Made by a program: the position numbers and the translations under genes. Positions 60,810 to 64,000 of a stretch of DNA of 64,000 nucleotides are shown piece by piece. How positions within the stretch are numbered: position 1 is the first letter of the stretch; each line of letters starts with the position of its first letter. The notes beneath the pieces are model-generated. The model was not told the origin of the DNA. It saw only the letters and a program-made list of their open reading frames with translations, and did no database searches. Source of the DNA: an uncultured Nitrospiraceae bacterium (GTDB lineage Bacteria; Nitrospirota; Nitrospiria; Nitrospirales; Nitrospiraceae); the NCBI GenBank assembly GCA_963846575.1, contig CAWJWJ010000001.1, positions 608,001 to 672,000 of the forward strand. The letters run 5' to 3'.

Positions 60810-61435
60810 GAAGCTCCCCACAGTTCTTCCAAGCGGTTGGCTCGCCCGCAATTGAACTTGTAGAATTTGTACCGGATCGGATTCTTCTTATAAAAATCCT
60901 GGTGATACTCCTCCGCCGGATAAAACTTGGAGGCCATCACGAGTTCCGTGACAATGGGCTGCGCGAACCGTTTGGCTTGCTCGATCGCCCGTTTCGACTC
61001 TTCTGCGATGCGTTGCTGTTCCTCGGTCTGATAGAAAATCACCGACCGATACTGGCTGCCGTGGTCGCAGAACTGCGCATCGGGCGTCACCGGGTCGACG
61101 TTATGCCAGAACGCATCGAGCAGCTGGGTATAGGTGACCTTGTCCGGATCGTACGACACCTCCACCGCCTCGGCATGGCCTGTTGCTCCAGCGGACACCT
61201 CTTCGTAACTCGGGTTCTCGACCCGTCCGCCCATGTACCCGCTGGTCACGGAGGTGACACCGGGGATCTTTTCAAACACCTCCTCCATACACCAAAAACA
61301 GCCTCCGGCAAAGAAGGCCTTGGAGGGTCCGGCCTGAACGGCTGCCTGGGTCGCCAGAACGACAACGCCGGGTGCGAGCAGGAGCAGGCAAAACATTCCG
61401 TAAAACATGAACCGTCGTGGAGCATTCATGAGCAT
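60806..61435 (-). CDS. msrA: exported peptide-methionine (S)-S-oxide reductase
   Basis: GGCFWC, GHAE, AEEYHQ. Signal peptide. Confidence 0.95.
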   Translation of the reverse strand: MLMNAPRRFMFYGMFCLLLLAPGVVVLATQAAVQAGPSKAFFAGGCFWCMEEVFEKIPGVTSVTSGYMGGRVENPSYEEVSAGATGHAEAVEVSYDPDKVTYTQLLDAFWHNVDPVTPDAQFCDHGSQYRSVIFYQTEEQQRIAEESKRAIEQAKRFAQPIVTELVMASKFYPAEEYHQDFYKKNPIRYKFYKFNCGRANRLEELWGAS

Positions 61436-61615
61436 CGTCCTCCCTGCAGGTAAGTGGACTTTCCTGTCACCATCTTACCGGAAAGCCCTTGGCTTCTGCC
61501 GGATGGTCTCCAGGCCTGCTACTCGTTATCTACGAACCGGAACGACACATGGATGTGCCGGAGGTGGGGCGACAGAGCGAGGAGTGGACCAGAAGGAAGG
61601 AAGATGCGGCGACCG

Positions 61616-62149
61616 CTACAGGCATCCCCAGGATCGCGCACCCTGAACCATATCAGGCTGCCGGCGTTCGAACTGTTTCATCATGAGCGTAATGGCTTCT
61701 TCCGGGTTGTCCACGGCAGCAACCAACCGTCCCCCCAGTTTCTTGAAAAACTTGGCTTCAGCCGGCGTCGCCCCCACCAGGATGACCGGTTTTCCCGCCT
61801 TCAGGGCGAGCGCCACCTCCGAGACGGTGCCTGCTCCCGTCAACCCGCAGGCGACTATCACATTGCTCGACATGACATTGACGTTGTTGCGGGCATTGCC
61901 CATGTCGGTGATGATAGCCACATCAACAAACTTCGAGACCCGTTCCCGCGCCGAAGGGAGCACGCCGATCGTCAGGCTGCCGGGAACGAGTTTGGCCCCC
62001 TGAGAGGCCGCCTCCATCACGCCCACGGCGCGACCGCCTGTCAGCACCACCCACTCCCGTCGCGCGATCAACTCGCCGAGGACGCGGGCATTGTCGAGGT
62101 CTTTTTTTCTGGCCTTGGCAGGACCCATGACGCCCACAATGTATCTCAT
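61616..62149 (-). CDS. TIGR00725/LOG (SLOG) family protein
   Basis: TGG..GVMEA, RN..NV.SS, GT.SE. Confidence 0.85.
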   Translation of the reverse strand: MRYIVGVMGPAKARKKDLDNARVLGELIARREWVVLTGGRAVGVMEAASQGAKLVPGSLTIGVLPSARERVSKFVDVAIITDMGNARNNVNVMSSNVIVACGLTGAGTVSEVALALKAGKPVILVGATPAEAKFFKKLGGRLVAAVDNPEEAITLMMKQFERRQPDMVQGARSWGCL

Positions 62150-62156
62150 GCCATCC

Positions 62157-62975
62157 TTACAGGCGGCCGCCGCACTGCGGCTGCCACCAGCCGCTGACCG
62201 CCACGGTCGCATAATACATGGCCCAGGCCTCTGGATCATCGGCTAGCCGGCAATACAGATCGATATCGGCACTCTCGACCATGCCTGTCGCCACATACTT
62301 CACCCGCAGTTGTTCTGCGGACAGCTTCATGAGCTGTGGAATGAGCTCGCCTCCGGCCGACAGATGGCCCTCATAGTCCACCGTGAGTTGGCTCAGATGA
62401 TGCTGCTGGTAGAGGGCAGGCAACTTCGCTCCCAGCGCATGGTCCATCCCGATCGAGGTGAACATGCGTTCAATGGCGTCATTGACACGGCCGAAGGCGG
62501 CCCGCGCTTCGTCCGGGCCGGCGATCGCCCGGGCCCCTTGGAAATCGGGTTCTTCGATGACCACCCAGCCGCCCGGTTTGACACAGCGCAACATGCGCTC
62601 AAAAGCTTTGCGGTACTCCGCGATGTGGATCAGGACATACCGCGCATGCACCAGATCGAATGTGGCCGGAGGGAGGTCGACGTCACAAATATCCCCATTG
62701 AGAATCTCGATGGTCGAGCTACTGCTATGCCGCAAGAAACGCGGATTGCTGTCAAGGGCGACCACTTTCCCCGACGGACCCACCCGCTGTTCCAACCAGC
62801 GCACAATGGAACCGGCCCCTGCTCCGACTTCCAAACAATGCCATCCGGTGGTCAGGCCGGTCGCCAGCATCCGGCGTTGGGTGCCGGAATCGAAAATCCG
62901 CTCCAACATCTGCAACCGTTCGAGCTCGCGTGGCTCTTCCGCCGCCTGAAACACATAATCTGTCACGTGGCTCAT
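62157..62975 (-). CDS. class I SAM-dependent methyltransferase
   Basis: LEVGAGAG, FDLVHARYVL.H, KPGGW. Confidence 0.9.
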   Translation of the reverse strand: MSHVTDYVFQAAEEPRELERLQMLERIFDSGTQRRMLATGLTTGWHCLEVGAGAGSIVRWLEQRVGPSGKVVALDSNPRFLRHSSSSTIEILNGDICDVDLPPATFDLVHARYVLIHIAEYRKAFERMLRCVKPGGWVVIEEPDFQGARAIAGPDEARAAFGRVNDAIERMFTSIGMDHALGAKLPALYQQHHLSQLTVDYEGHLSAGGELIPQLMKLSAEQLRVKYVATGMVESADIDLYCRLADDPEAWAMYYATVAVSGWWQPQCGGRL

Positions 62976-63025
62976 CCTTTGTTTGGGGCCATCGGGAAGC
63001 GCCGGCCTTGATGGGTCATGACTGT

Positions 63026-64000
63026 CTAAAACCGTGACCCTGGTAACGTGACATCGGCCCGAGCCCAGGCGGCGCGAAACCGGCTCTCTTCCTGCGCGGC
63101 GTCTTTGTTTTGAGCCCGCAGACTTTGGACGAGTCCCTGCAATGCCCATCCGTTCTCGGGATTGAGGCGCAGGTCCTCCCGATAGACCGCTTCGGCCTCT
63201 CCCGGACGTTGTGCCAGCAGGAGCACCGCCCCCAGACGGTGGCGAACCGGTTGAACCCAGAACGGGGGCTCGCTGTAGGGCAAGGCGGCCTCCAGTTGAA
63301 GCGCCTCGCGCAGGGCCTGAATGCCCGCGTCATACTGACCGCGTCCGGCAGCCAGCTCCCCCACCAGGACCCGCTCGGCCACCTTCAGGATGGCACGGCT
63401 GGTTTTGGCCTCAGCGGTTTTAGCCTTGGCGAATGGCTTCAAGGCTTTTCTGAGGTTCCACAACTCCCCCTCCGCACTCCCGAATCGTGTCGTCCCGACG
63501 AAGGCCAACCCACGCACATAGTGCCAGACGCCCGTGGTAAACCGAAGCCCCTTGGGCGGCGGCGGTTGCCGGATCAACTCATTCCAATGACCGAACCGCG
63601 CCAGCGTCAACATCACCGTAGGGGCATACCATTCCAGGGAGGGTTCCTTGGCCAGCTCTTCGCTGGACACTTTGGTCAGAAGATCCCGCCCGACTTGCAT
63701 GGCCTCCGCACTCCGCCCTTCCATCATCAGGGAGGCATTTAAAAAATGCAGATTGTGCGCATAATATCCTGCCGCATAGTTTCCCTCCAGGGAAGCGTGG
63801 GCCAGGTACTCATGGTCCACCGTCGCCGCCGCGCTGTTCCGTTCAGACGCCTCCCGGTACAGTCCCAGACGCATGTAGATATGCGCCGGCATATGCACGA
63901 GATGTCCCGCGCCGGGCATGAGCGAGGGCAGTCGTTCGGCACAGTCCAAGGCCCGTTGAGGATTTGACGATGCTTCAACGGCGTGGATGTAGTAATGGCA
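63026..64000 (-). CDS. TPR-containing protein, 5'-truncated by the window edge
   Basis: Frame open to 64000 (CHYYIHAVEA..GHLVHMPAHIY). C-terminal TPR units. Confidence 0.85.
   Translation of the reverse strand, partial: CHYYIHAVEASSNPQRALDCAERLPSLMPGAGHLVHMPAHIYMRLGLYREASERNSAAATVDHEYLAHASLEGNYAAGYYAHNLHFLNASLMMEGRSAEAMQVGRDLLTKVSSEELAKEPSLEWYAPTVMLTLARFGHWNELIRQPPPPKGLRFTTGVWHYVRGLAFVGTTRFGSAEGELWNLRKALKPFAKAKTAEAKTSRAILKVAERVLVGELAAGRGQYDAGIQALREALQLEAALPYSEPPFWVQPVRHRLGAVLLLAQRPGEAEAVYREDLRLNPENGWALQGLVQSLRAQNKDAAQEESRFRAAWARADVTLPGSRF

Overview
A GC-rich, gene-dense bacterial chromosomal window with about 70 CDS. The gene repertoire and an intergenic inverted-repeat element suggest Nitrospira/Nitrospirota, which is an inference and was not verified. 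Most content is housekeeping: partial pfk, hemL, cydAB, gmhA, rfaE2, mfd, two PPIases, engB, mtgA, iaaA, dtd, murJ, lemA-TPM-TPM, xth, leuCD, corA, msrA, and a hybrid histidine kinase-Hpt-REC cluster. I saw no rRNA, tRNA, CRISPR array, integrase or transposase. Notable observations: (1) a SprT zinc protease ending in a beta-clamp-type motif (QLILPF) directly upstream of DinB, resembling eukaryotic Spartan/PCNA/translesion synthesis; (2) an orphan TIGR02710-like CARF-HEPN protein with degenerate motifs heading a unit with ybgC and an unannotated 37-aa membrane peptide; (3) two tandem paralogous CxWC...HGxCxxH microproteins, each with its own sigma54-type promoter, plus other Cys-cluster microproteins; (4) a frameshifted ogt; (5) a pseudo-receiver protein; (6) several apparently leaderless housekeeping genes. 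Family assignments come from motif recognition by eye, not from database searches. Starts were adjusted from the ORF track where an RBS, promoter or homology indicated a better one.
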